DNA of 64,000 nt, from positions 2,313 through 66,312 of the IMG/VR virus record IMGVR_UViG_3300027965_000212, one strand, 5' to 3'. Below the pieces are notes generated by a model. It made no database searches. It was not told where the DNA came from and was given only the letters and a program-made list of their open reading frames with translations. The position numbers were made by a program, and so were the translations under genes. The stretch is from a virus. This document shows, one piece after another, positions 1 to 8,517 of the stretch; the first letter of the stretch is position 1, and the number at the start of each line of letters is the position of its first letter.

Positions 1-146
1 TGCTTGAAGCTCGGCGAGAACGTCGGCGCGTTCACGTCGCCATTGAAGGTCCAGCCATCCGGCAGCGGATGCATTTCGTTGCAGGCCGGGCACCACCACA
101 TGAAGGCGCCTTCGGCGCGACGAAGCTTGGCACTGACTTGGCCCAT
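1..146 (-). CDS. Partial ORF running off the window, DUF6527-like small phage protein
   Basis: Read manually: MGQVSAKLRRAEGAFMWWCPACNEMHPLPDGWTFNGDVNAPTFSPSFK; CxxC..H and WTFNGD..PTFSPS motif. Confidence 0.55.
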   Translation of the reverse strand, partial: MGQVSAKLRRAEGAFMWWCPACNEMHPLPDGWTFNGDVNAPTFSPSFK

Positions 147-197
147 CAACACCCGCGCTCTCGCGATTCCAAAAATGCATAGCGGCCATTCTGCCGC

Positions 198-252
198 TGG
201 TCAGTATTTTGTTACAGAACCATTGACGGGATGGTCAGTGTTTTGTTACAAC
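198..252 (+). promoter_or_regulatory. Putative higBA promoter with two 19-bp direct repeats
   Basis: TGGTCAGTATTTTGTTACA (198-216) and TGGTCAGTGTTTTGTTACA (232-250) flank TTGACG (223-228); TACAAC at 247-252. Confidence 0.55.
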
Positions 253-411
253 GCTTTCGACAGTTCAGAGCGGCGGGAGGAAGGAACAGCGCGGGGCGGT
301 AAATCGGGGTTCACCCCGTCCGGAAATCGAACCCGAACGGTCATTCGGGGGAAAGCCGGGGACCCGACCGCGAGACCACCTTCCTCCCGCTGCCGCAAAC
401 AGGGGAACGCC

Positions 412-690
412 ATGATCAAGACCTTCAAACACAAAGGCCTTCGGGAGGCTTTCGAGCGCGGGACCTCGCGCCACGTGGATCCCAAGCAGATCAAGCGCGT
501 GGTCGTCATTCTTGACGTCATCAACCGCGCCAGGACGACCCAGGACATCGACCAGCCCGGCTATCGGCTGCACACGCTCGCGCCAAGCCGGCCGAACACA
601 TGGACGATCCGCCTACAAGGCCCGTTCCGGATCACATTTGCCTTCACAAACGGAGATGCCTACGATGTCGACCTTGAGCAATATCACTGA
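412..690 (+). CDS. higB: HigB/RelE-family toxin (plasmid maintenance killer type)
   Basis: MIKTFKHKGL...PGYRLHTL...WTIRLQGPFRITFAF...VDLEQYH; toxin upstream of antitoxin. Confidence 0.9.
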   Translation: MIKTFKHKGLREAFERGTSRHVDPKQIKRVVVILDVINRARTTQDIDQPGYRLHTLAPSRPNTWTIRLQGPFRITFAFTNGDAYDVDLEQYH

Positions 691-709
691 TTCAGCGGAC
701 ATCCTGCCC

Positions 710-1036
710 ATGGCCAAGTCGCAACCCGCGCCTGAGCGGAAGCGGGCTCCATCGCATCCGGGCGAGGTGATCGCCGATATCCTGGAGGACATCGGGGTTT
801 CGGCGCGATCGGCCGCCGCCGCCATGGGCGTGTCGCATAATGCGCTCGCCAATGTCATCCGCGGCGACACCGGCGTCAGCGCCGAGATGGCGGTTCGCCT
901 CGGCGCCTATATGGCGAATGGTCCGCGGTTGTGGCTCGATCTTCAGTCGGATTTCGATCTCTGGCACGCCGAGGCGAAGCTCAAGAACGAAGTTGCCAAG
1001 ATCAAGCCGGCACCGCGCGAACCTAAGGTGGCTTAG
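710..1036 (+). CDS. higA: HigA XRE-HTH antitoxin
   Basis: PSHPGEVI...VSAEMAVRLG...WLDLQSDFDLW signature. Confidence 0.9.
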   Translation: MAKSQPAPERKRAPSHPGEVIADILEDIGVSARSAAAAMGVSHNALANVIRGDTGVSAEMAVRLGAYMANGPRLWLDLQSDFDLWHAEAKLKNEVAKIKPAPREPKVA

Positions 1037-1038
1037 TC

Positions 1039-1248
1039 ATGATCTCATCCGAGATGATCAATCACCCGCTCGGCCCGGAATTCCAGGTTACGGCGGCGGC
1101 AGACATCAATCCGGATGCAAAAGGCTGGATTATCACCCATCGCAAAAGCGGACGTTTTATTGAAACGGGTATCGGCATGACGATACAAGGCGCCGCCGGA
1201 CGCCTGCTGACGGAGCTTGCGCGCGAAGAGATACCGGTCAACAGGTAA
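1039..1248 (+). CDS. Hypothetical protein, third gene of higBA operon
   Basis: Starts 2 nt after the higA stop, same strand. Confidence 0.5.
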   Translation: MISSEMINHPLGPEFQVTAAADINPDAKGWIITHRKSGRFIETGIGMTIQGAAGRLLTELAREEIPVNR

Positions 1249-1284
1249 AGCGCCGTTGCAGGCAGAGCGCTGTTGTTTGGAATG

Positions 1285-1305
1285 GTCCCGGGTCAAGCCC
1301 GGGAC
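1285..1305. repeat. REP-like hairpin, possibly acting as terminator between convergent genes
   Basis: GTCCCGGGTCAAGCCCGGGAC; near-identical copy at 30277-30297. Confidence 0.7.
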
Positions 1306-1309
1306 ACGG

Positions 1310-1612
1310 CTACTTCAGAAATTCAGCGCTGTGGTCGGTCCAATATTGCAGCGCCTCGTAGTCATCCTTCCCACATGGGACAATATTCGCGTTTGGAGCC
1401 TCTTTCTCGAAATCCGACCAGCAGGCGTATGGAACATGAAACACGAACATGTTGCCGCCAATTACTCCGCCGCACACTCTGGGGATGGCCGTCGAGTTTG
1501 GGACGACAGCGCATATCTCTCCGGCATCGACCGGGCGGCCCGAGTGCGACACTTGCTGTCCGCTCGCCGGAATGGCGATAAGGACGATCAAACAGGAGAT
1601 AGCGTACTTCAT
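1310..1612 (-). CDS. Small exported Cys-rich hypothetical protein
   Basis: MKYAISCLIVLIAIPASG signal peptide; 4 Cys in the mature part. Confidence 0.55.
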   Translation of the reverse strand: MKYAISCLIVLIAIPASGQQVSHSGRPVDAGEICAVVPNSTAIPRVCGGVIGGNMFVFHVPYACWSDFEKEAPNANIVPCGKDDYEALQYWTDHSAEFLK

Positions 1613-1667
1613 TGTTACCGTCCTACCTGATGATGCGCTGGAGCGGTGATCAGCAAATGGACACCTT

Positions 1668-2009
1668 TCATGCTGGCCTCCGCAACGCAATCGCACCGCC
1701 AATCGAGCGAGGCCGCTCGCGCAGTGCGTGACCATCGTTCCCACTCCGGATGATCCAGCGGCCATCTTTTGCCCGGCCGATGATCATCCCGACGTGATGT
1801 GGCCAGACGACGATCACGCCCGGCGCCGGGCCCGCAGCCGCAGATCCCCAGTGCGCCCAGTTGCGCGCGAGATTGTAGGATGGGCCAGGATCCCGGCCGA
1901 CCAGGTGACGCATTTCCCAGCCGCACCAGGCGGATGGCCGTGGGCCATAGCTGGCTTGCGCCGGCGCGATGGCGAGCGCGAGCGCGAGCAGCGCGACGAT
2001 GCGCTTCAT
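1668..2009 (-). CDS. Exported minimal CHAP-like (Cys/His) amidase
   Basis: Signal peptide MKRIVALLALALAIAPAQA; AWCGW, ARNW, PGVIVVW..HVG, SGN motifs. Confidence 0.65.
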   Translation of the reverse strand: MKRIVALLALALAIAPAQASYGPRPSAWCGWEMRHLVGRDPGPSYNLARNWAHWGSAAAGPAPGVIVVWPHHVGMIIGRAKDGRWIIRSGNDGHALRERPRSIGGAIALRRPA

Positions 2010-2032
2010 GAGAATCCCCCCAACTATTGTCC

Positions 2033-2416
2033 TTATTGCGGCTGCTTCGCCTTCGGCGCCGGCCGGCGCCGCATCCGGCGGCGCAGCGTATCGACGTCTT
2101 CCTTGAGTGCGACGACATGGCGCTCGAGCTCGCCGATCTTCCGCTCGAGCGGATCGCGCAGGGCCCTGATAACTTTCTGCAGGTTCTCCTCGAGGTCGCG
2201 CCGCATATCAGCGAGATCGCGGTCGATCTCCTCGCGCTCCTTGCGATGGTTTAGATCGCGCTCCAAGGCATCGAGGCGGCGTTCCCGCTCATCACCGCCG
2301 CCTGTCTTCTCGGGCGACGTCCGCGTGAACAGCCAGATCGTGATGTGGGCGATCGCGGCGCCGACCACAACAAGCCCGGCAAGGCCCGGCGGGAAATTCG
2401 GGACTTCATTTTCCAT
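2033..2416 (-). CDS. N-terminal TM plus coiled-coil protein (spanin/holin-accessory-like)
   Basis: One hydrophobic helix followed by a long heptad-rich charged segment; lies in the lysis region. Confidence 0.5.
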   Translation of the reverse strand: MENEVPNFPPGLAGLVVVGAAIAHITIWLFTRTSPEKTGGGDERERRLDALERDLNHRKEREEIDRDLADMRRDLEENLQKVIRALRDPLERKIGELERHVVALKEDVDTLRRRMRRRPAPKAKQPQ

Positions 2417-2816
2417 GTAAGTCGTGCTTCGCCCGCTGAACCGAACGCAGTTCACCGCCAGCAAGCGCAATCAGAAGTCCGGATAATACGGACGGCTGCC
2501 CGAGCTGCAGCCACAAGGCAATCACCATCAGCACCCAGATGATCAGGCTCAGGCTCGCCATCAGCGCGCGGATCGGCGGCCCATGGCGCGCCAGGCTGCC
2601 ATTGAGCATCAGCGTCACGATCCGCACTAGGCCGATACAGAAATAGACCGCCATCATCTCGCTCAGCGGCAGCACGTGCAGCAGCGGCCGCAAATTGCCT
2701 TCCGCAAGCGTGTGCGGCCAGATCATCAGGACGAGCGAGGTATTGAGCAAGCCGACGGCGGAAACCCATTCGAACAGACGATTGGAGGAGAAGCGACCTG
2801 CAGGATCGTTCGCCAT
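2406..2816 (-). CDS. 4-TM membrane protein, holin-like
   Basis: Four hydrophobic segments in 136 aa; overlaps the next gene. Confidence 0.5.
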   Translation of the reverse strand: MANDPAGRFSSNRLFEWVSAVGLLNTSLVLMIWPHTLAEGNLRPLLHVLPLSEMMAVYFCIGLVRIVTLMLNGSLARHGPPIRALMASLSLIIWVLMVIALWLQLGQPSVLSGLLIALAGGELRSVQRAKHDLHGK

Positions 2817-2842
2817 CGGCACGCGTGCTCCAATTTGTTTGG

Positions 2843-2879
2843 AAAAATCCGGGGCGGCAGCGTTGCCGCGCCGCCCCGG
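2843..2879 (-). terminator. Intrinsic terminator after the porin gene
   Basis: Minus strand CCGGGGCGGC-loop-GCCGCCCCGG followed by ATTTTT. Confidence 0.7.
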
Positions 2880-2895
2880 GTCCGCCCCCATCAAA

Positions 2896-3621
2896 TCACC
2901 ACTTCAGCGCAAGACCGGCCTTGTAGACCGTCGACAGCGATCCGCAGGCCTGCCCAGGGATCGTACCGGGACCGACGCAGAGGCCCTTTTGCGGAAACTG
3001 AGTCATGGCAAAGACATCGACCACGGATCCCGAAGAGAGCTGGCCGAGCGCGCCGACAGACAGACCCGGCGAGACGCGCCAATCGCGATTGGAGCCGACC
3101 CCGAGAACGTCGATCGTGATGTCGTCCTCGCTGATCGAGGCCGCGAGGTAGGGCTTGACGTTCGTCGCCGTTTGGCCGCCCGGCAACGTCGGGAACGGCG
3201 GCACCGTAATGCCGAGGTTGGGGAAAAGCGCCATGATCTCGGAGAGCGGCGCGCCGACCATCACCCTTTGGGTGAAGGAGGCGGGCCCCGAGATCGAGAA
3301 GCCCGGCGTCGAGCCGTTGACATTGTTCCAGCCGAACCAGCCCTCGACGGCCGTGAACATGGCACTGTTGGGCACGTTCCAGGCAAACCCAACGATGCCG
3401 CCGACGCCGATCTGATTGGTCACCAGGCTGTTGGAGTTCACGCCGGGGGCGGAGATGTTGGCATTGCCGCCGCCGCCCATCGTGCCGAGACCAAAGTAGA
3501 AACCGCTTGTGGCCGGATATGACGTTGAAATCAGCGGCGCTTTGAAAGGACCAGCGAGATTGGCCGCACAGGCCGGAATAGCCGCGAGCGAGATAGCCGC
3601 GGCAAGCAAGAGCTTTCGCAT
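2896..3621 (-). CDS. Outer-membrane beta-barrel protein (Omp25/RopB-like)
   Basis: Signal peptide, AANL..KAP...SGFYFG start, amphipathic strands, C-terminal aromatic (YKAGLALKW). Confidence 0.75.
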   Translation of the reverse strand: MRKLLLAAAISLAAIPACAANLAGPFKAPLISTSYPATSGFYFGLGTMGGGGNANISAPGVNSNSLVTNQIGVGGIVGFAWNVPNSAMFTAVEGWFGWNNVNGSTPGFSISGPASFTQRVMVGAPLSEIMALFPNLGITVPPFPTLPGGQTATNVKPYLAASISEDDITIDVLGVGSNRDWRVSPGLSVGALGQLSSGSVVDVFAMTQFPQKGLCVGPGTIPGQACGSLSTVYKAGLALKW

Positions 3622-3691
3622 ATTCAACTCCGATTTGATGAAAGCCCGCGATATCGCCCGCGGGATCAGCGCTTCGTGACGACTTGTTGAT

Positions 3692-3949
3692 TTAAGCCGG
3701 GAAACAGTAGGAGGTGATTTTCCCTTCGGCGCGCAGCCGGGCGACCTTGCGGTCCCAGGACTCTTTTTTTCTGGCCCTGGTCACCCCTTCGGTTCGCCGC
3801 GCTCCTCTTTGATTGGCGATCTGATAGACGCGGTCCCGCGGCACGCCGAACTCGCGGCCGAGCGCAGTCGCAGTCTCGCCATTCGCATAGCGCCGCGCGA
3901 TGGTGCGGCGGCTCGCCTCGGAGAGTTTCCGGTACCGCTTCACGGCCAT
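3692..3949 (-). CDS. Small HTH DNA-binding protein
   Basis: IARRYANGETATALGREFGVPRDRVYQI helix-turn-helix pattern. Confidence 0.65.
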   Translation of the reverse strand: MAVKRYRKLSEASRRTIARRYANGETATALGREFGVPRDRVYQIANQRGARRTEGVTRARKKESWDRKVARLRAEGKITSYCFPA

Positions 3950-3952
3950 CGC

Positions 3953-4258
3953 TTATTTTGCAGTCGTCGCGGCCACGTGCGCATCGAGCTGCGCCAGCGC
4001 GGATTGCGGGGCGATCTGATTGGCGCGGGCCTTGGCGGCCGCGTCGAGCACCTTGGCGCGCAGAATCTCCAGCGACGCGATCGCCATCACGCGCCCGTAG
4101 TCATTCCAGGCCGACCACATGCCGGCCGCGGCGACCATGCCGCCCCCGACCAACATTTCGGCGTCGCTGTCGTTGATCCAGCCGTGCGCGACGGCAGCGC
4201 CGGCCGCGGCCTTGAGCGCGGTGCGCGCAACCGTGCCGAGCAGAGTTTTGGTATCCAT
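3953..4258 (-). CDS. Putative holin (2 TM)
   Basis: ARTALKAAAGAAVAHGWI...MLVGGGMVAAAGMWSAW; lysis context. Confidence 0.6.
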   Translation of the reverse strand: MDTKTLLGTVARTALKAAAGAAVAHGWINDSDAEMLVGGGMVAAAGMWSAWNDYGRVMAIASLEILRAKVLDAAAKARANQIAPQSALAQLDAHVAATTAK

Positions 4259-4310
4259 TGGATAGCTCCGTTTTTTGCGAAAAATGAAATCCCGCGGTTG
4301 GGACCGGCCG

Positions 4311-4790
4311 CTAAGCGTCCAACACCGGCACGCATGCACTCAGGATCAAGAGCAGATCGCGCGGCGTGATCTTGGCGACGCTGCTGGCGAGCCTGGTCGC
4401 AAACCAGCCGCACGCCTCGAGCGCAGCCGCCTGGAGCTCGCTGCAAAACCATGAATCAGGCGAGCGCCAGTCGCGGCCGGCGACCAGGGCGGCAATGGCC
4501 TCGATGTCGTAAGGCTTGCCGATCTGCGCCTGGAGAAAGCGGTTGAAGCTTTCGCTCTGAGCTGCATTGCAAGGCAGCCTGATGAATTGCTCGCGCGTGA
4601 ATGAGCTCTTGTCGTAATCGGGCGAGCGCGCCTGCACACCGCCGTCGAAGTGAGCACCAAGGTAGGTGCCGTCGGGCATGACAGCCTCGACGTGCGTCGC
4701 CCAATAGCCGTATTCGCCGACACGGATGCCGGCAGAGACGACGTCCGCGCCAGTGACGAAGCGCAGCGTGATCTTGGGATCACCCATCAA
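4311..4790 (-). CDS. Permuted papain-like (YiiX/NlpC-P60) amidase
   Basis: THVEA...QIGKPYD...WFCSEL; His precedes Cys. Confidence 0.8.
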   Translation of the reverse strand: MMGDPKITLRFVTGADVVSAGIRVGEYGYWATHVEAVMPDGTYLGAHFDGGVQARSPDYDKSSFTREQFIRLPCNAAQSESFNRFLQAQIGKPYDIEAIAALVAGRDWRSPDSWFCSELQAAALEACGWFATRLASSVAKITPRDLLLILSACVPVLDA

Positions 4791-4807
4791 CGGATCTCCG
4801 GGGCGGG

Positions 4808-4823
4808 TGCGCCAATTGGCGCA
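4808..4823. repeat. 16-bp palindrome copy 1 (intergenic)
   Basis: TGCGCCAATTGGCGCA. Confidence 0.95.
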
Positions 4824-4826
4824 TTC

Positions 4827-5213
4827 TCAGAACGGAAGCGCGTTGTCCGCAGCGGTCGCCTCGGCAGCGACCTTTGCCCATTGACGGCTCAGCCTGATGC
4901 GGTTCGCCATCTGCTGCTTCGGGGTCAGCCAGCGAAGATTGGACCGCTGGTTGTTGAGGCTGTCGCCATCCCGGTGGTCGCCAGTGTGCCGTGGCGTCGG
5001 CGGCTCGAGCCCCATGCGCTCACGCAAGATCACGCGATGCATGAGGATGGTGACATTGGCATCGCCAACCCGGATCGACCGGCGTGCGTAGATCAGATCG
5101 CCGCCGCGATGCGAGACCGCGAACGTCCAGAGCCACTGCATCAGAAAATCGTAATCGATGTCGGACACGGCAACTTCGAATTGCCGCGACCGTCCGATCG
5201 TGATGATCCGCAT
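4827..5213 (-). CDS. HNH endonuclease
   Basis: MHRVI...DHRDGDSLNNQRSNLRW. Confidence 0.85.
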   Translation of the reverse strand: MRIITIGRSRQFEVAVSDIDYDFLMQWLWTFAVSHRGGDLIYARRSIRVGDANVTILMHRVILRERMGLEPPTPRHTGDHRDGDSLNNQRSNLRWLTPKQQMANRIRLSRQWAKVAAEATAADNALPF

Positions 5214-6056
5214 TCAGTGCAAAATCTGCTCGATAACCGCCCAGGTCTTATTGCCGGCAACGCCATCTGCCTCGATGTCGTACGCCTCTTGGAAATGGCG
5301 GACGGCCGCGCGCGTCTTGTCGCCCTCGACGCCGTCGACAGCGAGCGGCGGATCGAGCTGCAGGATCTGGTTGAGATCGGTCTGCAGCGCCCGCACCGAG
5401 CGGTCGGTTGTGCGTCGGACCGGCTCCGGCCGGGGCGGTGCAAGCGGCGCCAGGCCGAGGCCTTTGCGGAAGAGATCAGCCTCATGGCCGCGCCGGCGCC
5501 AGAGATCGCTTCCTTCCAGCCAGAGCCGGCGCATCGACAGGAATTCGTCTGGGATGAGATCGAAGCGCCCAGCCAGCATATGCGCCTTGATGGACCGCAT
5601 TTCGGCATAGCGAGGCCCTGGTTCGTCGAACGAGCAGCCCCGGTTATAGGCGAGGCTCACCAGCGCGCCGTAGCTGTCGCCTGTCAGCTTGGCCGTAGGC
5701 AGCGCCGCATCGAGCCGCGCTTCCCACTTGGGCATCTCGCGCGTCGAGAATTCGGCGAGTGCCTGGTCCCAGGTGACGGTGACGCTGGTGCCATGCTGGG
5801 CGACGAATTGGTGTGCCGCCTCGCCCTTGAGGCCGCACGCCAACAGTACATGCGGGAGCATGTCATCGCTCAGGATCCCGCGGCAGTCGGCGGTCGCCTC
5901 ATCGCGCGTGACATAGCCGCAGTCGTAGCCGATCATGATGGTCGGGCCGGAGGCGCCCTGCGGCCATTCGAAGTGCGCGCAGTGGCGCAGATAATAAATC
6001 TTTCCGTCGACCTCCTCGGAGACGATCAAATTGAAGGCGTCCTGCGAGGATCTCAC
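5214..6056 (-). CDS. Endolysin: lysozyme-like (pesticin/T4L-type) domain plus C-terminal peptidoglycan-binding domain
   Basis: EE..SGPTIMIGYDCG, ALVSLAYNRG, RRRGHEADLF; LAVDGVEGDKTRAAVRHFQ..ADGVAGNKTW. Confidence 0.85.
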   Translation of the reverse strand: MRSSQDAFNLIVSEEVDGKIYYLRHCAHFEWPQGASGPTIMIGYDCGYVTRDEATADCRGILSDDMLPHVLLACGLKGEAAHQFVAQHGTSVTVTWDQALAEFSTREMPKWEARLDAALPTAKLTGDSYGALVSLAYNRGCSFDEPGPRYAEMRSIKAHMLAGRFDLIPDEFLSMRRLWLEGSDLWRRRGHEADLFRKGLGLAPLAPPRPEPVRRTTDRSVRALQTDLNQILQLDPPLAVDGVEGDKTRAAVRHFQEAYDIEADGVAGNKTWAVIEQILH

Positions 6057-6763
6057 GGAGATACCTCCGGCAGCGCCGCGCGCACCATCTTGCCGAGACC
6101 GACGCGGTCGAGCTCCTCCCAGACCTTGTTGAGCCAGGAGCGAACGTAGCCGCGCAGGATGCGCGATTGCCGATCATCGACCGTGAAGGCGGAGAATGAG
6201 CCGCCGAGCTTCTGGATCATCTCGCAGGCCTGCGCCGGGATATGCGGCACGCTCACCGTCATTCCGGACATCTGGGCGAAGATCGTGGCGAAGCGGTTGT
6301 CGCTGTCCCAATCGAAGAACCCAGTTTCGTTGATGTAGTTCTTGACGATGAAATGTTTGGTGCCTCCGCCGACCAGGCGCGCGGCCTGGTCGATCTCGTT
6401 GAACGAGGCGATCGAGGGGCCGAGCACATGCAGGAGCGCCAGGTTGATCTTGCCGCCGCGGATGTCGGTCAACAGCTGCGCCTCATCGAGCGCGCGCAGC
6501 GTGGGCGACAAGAGCCCGGCGCGGATGTCAAGGACGGTGACACCCTCGAGCGCGTCGAAGACCTTCATCTGGTCGCCGACCCTCTCGATGTCGATGACGG
6601 TTGCGCTGGGGCTAAAGCGCTTGAGATCGCCGGCCGGCCATTCGGAATCGAACAGCTTGGCGACAGCGCCGCGCGCGATCAGATAATCATCGAGCGCGCG
6701 CGCGACCGTAGTCTTGCCGACGCCGCCCTTGTCGGCGCCGACCATGATGATGAGCGGGGTCAT
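6053..6763 (-). CDS. ParA/MinD-type deviant Walker A ATPase
   Basis: VGADKGGVGKTT, FDSE, VTVLD; stop overlaps the endolysin start (GTGA). Confidence 0.8.
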   Translation of the reverse strand: MTPLIIMVGADKGGVGKTTVARALDDYLIARGAVAKLFDSEWPAGDLKRFSPSATVIDIERVGDQMKVFDALEGVTVLDIRAGLLSPTLRALDEAQLLTDIRGGKINLALLHVLGPSIASFNEIDQAARLVGGGTKHFIVKNYINETGFFDWDSDNRFATIFAQMSGMTVSVPHIPAQACEMIQKLGGSFSAFTVDDRQSRILRGYVRSWLNKVWEELDRVGLGKMVRAALPEVSP

Positions 6764-6841
6764 GTTTCGGCCTTTGATTTGCGCCGGAGCTGGCCGGCCA
6801 TAGCGCGCCGCGCGATGCGGCTCGTCGAGGAAGGTCAAGCT

Positions 6842-7873
6842 TCAGCCGACTGCGCGCAGGAGCGCGTTATCGTTGGCAGGGATCAACAATGCGGTCGGAG
6901 TGACGGTGATGCACCCCTGCTTGCCGCCCCCGGACGTCTGCGCGTTACCGGATGAGTTCGCGACGCCGCCGCTTCCGCCGCCATACTGACCGCCGTTGCC
7001 GGACTGCGAGGTGCCGGTGTTACCGTTGCCGCCGCCGCCGCCGCCGGAGCCACAGCCCCACTCTGTGCCCGTGTTGCCGGGATTGTTGGGGCCGGTACCG
7101 CCCGTTCCGCCCGTGCCGTTGTCGCCAGTGCCGCCCGTGCTCGAGACGTTGGCGCTGCAGGTCTGATTCGGACCGTTACCGCCGTTTCCGTTCGGGCCCG
7201 CCGCGCCGCCGGCCCCGCTCCCGCACGCAAGCGTCGTGCCGGTGGTCCCGGTCAGGTTGCCGCCCGCGCCGCCCGTCGCCGTGGTCGAGTTTCCCTTGCC
7301 GGCCCCGCCCGCGCCGCCGCTGCAATTGCCGCCGATGACCCCGATGCCGCCACCTGATCCGCCGGCACCGCCGACGCTCGCCGCCGCGTAGCTCGCTGCG
7401 TTGAAATACGTTGCGCCCCCTGGGTTCCCGGCACTCTGCGTCGAGATACCGGTGCCACCTAGGCCGATCGTATAGCTGACACCGGCGCCAGGAGAGATGC
7501 CGAGCCCGGTGTACTTCCCGTAACCGCCTCCGCCGCCGCCGCAGCCGACCTGGGAAGAGCCCGTCGCGTTCTGGGTACCGTTTCCGCCGCTACCCCCACC
7601 GCCGAGCGTCTCGATCGTGAAGATCGTGCACCCGTATATGTTGGTGAACGTGTTTGTGCCCGTCGCCGTCAGGACGATCGGCGTATGTTTGCACGCCGGC
7701 ATGATCGGCAACGGGCCGACCATCAGCGGCCCGATCTGCGCCAGCGCGTATCGCTGCGAGATGACGCGCCCGAGAATGTTGTCCCGCGCCGGGGCCGATG
7801 CGAGCGAAGCGTGAGCCGCAATAGCCAGCGCGATCGCGCACAGCCCGGTGAACAATTTCGACCAGCGTGTCAT
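6842..7873 (-). CDS. Glycine-rich fibre-like protein with signal peptide
   Basis: MTRWSKLFTGLCAIALAIAAHASLA; ETLGGGGSGG...GGGGGGY..YTIGLGG glycine-rich domain. Confidence 0.75.
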   Translation of the reverse strand: MTRWSKLFTGLCAIALAIAAHASLASAPARDNILGRVISQRYALAQIGPLMVGPLPIMPACKHTPIVLTATGTNTFTNIYGCTIFTIETLGGGGSGGNGTQNATGSSQVGCGGGGGGYGKYTGLGISPGAGVSYTIGLGGTGISTQSAGNPGGATYFNAASYAAASVGGAGGSGGGIGVIGGNCSGGAGGAGKGNSTTATGGAGGNLTGTTGTTLACGSGAGGAAGPNGNGGNGPNQTCSANVSSTGGTGDNGTGGTGGTGPNNPGNTGTEWGCGSGGGGGGNGNTGTSQSGNGGQYGGGSGGVANSSGNAQTSGGGKQGCITVTPTALLIPANDNALLRAVG

Positions 7874-7881
7874 GCCCCGCC

Positions 7882-8517
7882 TCACTGATGAGCGTAGACC
7901 GAGTACCCGGCGACGCCATTGACGCGCCAAATCGAGATCGTGAACTTGTGGCCATTTGTGGTGTCGAGAGAAGCGCCGGTATTCGACCCGACTGTGAAGC
8001 CGGAGAAGCCGATCGCGCCGGCGCTGGCGGCATTGATCACCAACAGAAGACAGGACCCGTCGTTGGCTGGTGCTGCGATCGTGAATGCGCCATTGTTGGT
8101 AACGTACTGAAGCGGCCGCGCGCCGCAATCGATCGTCAGCGTTCCGCTCGATTGCGTGCCGAGATTGTCAGCATTAACGTTGGCGCCCCCCGTGACCGTT
8201 TGATCTGCGGCCGTGAGGATGGCATCCGGCGCCATCTTCAGAATAAATTGCGTGCCGTCCCACTCGACCTCAGTCGCCTCTCCGCTCTGGATTTCTCCAC
8301 CCACTAATGCGGTAAGGGCAGAGTTGGCCAACTTTTTGATAGCTTGAGCGCCGAGCCCGTTAACGTTGAGCGTCGCCGCGCCCGTATTGCTAAAGTTGGG
8401 AATGAATCGCAGCGGCACGCCGGGGAGATTCGAGGTCCAATTGTCGATGCTGATCGCGTAAGCGTTAGGCGACCCCGTCGACGCCACGTCCCACGTTTGT
8501 TGCTCTGGAAATGTCAT
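7882..8517 (-). CDS. Tail fibre-related protein
   Basis: NTGAATLNVNGLGAQAIKK motif typical of fibres; ATGA-coupled to the upstream gene. Confidence 0.7.
   Translation of the reverse strand: MTFPEQQTWDVASTGSPNAYAISIDNWTSNLPGVPLRFIPNFSNTGAATLNVNGLGAQAIKKLANSALTALVGGEIQSGEATEVEWDGTQFILKMAPDAILTAADQTVTGGANVNADNLGTQSSGTLTIDCGARPLQYVTNNGAFTIAAPANDGSCLLLVINAASAGAIGFSGFTVGSNTGASLDTTNGHKFTISIWRVNGVAGYSVYAHQ

Noticed and set aside
300-375. Intact tRNA gene
   Set aside because: Only a T-arm-like piece; no convincing acceptor, D or anticodon arms
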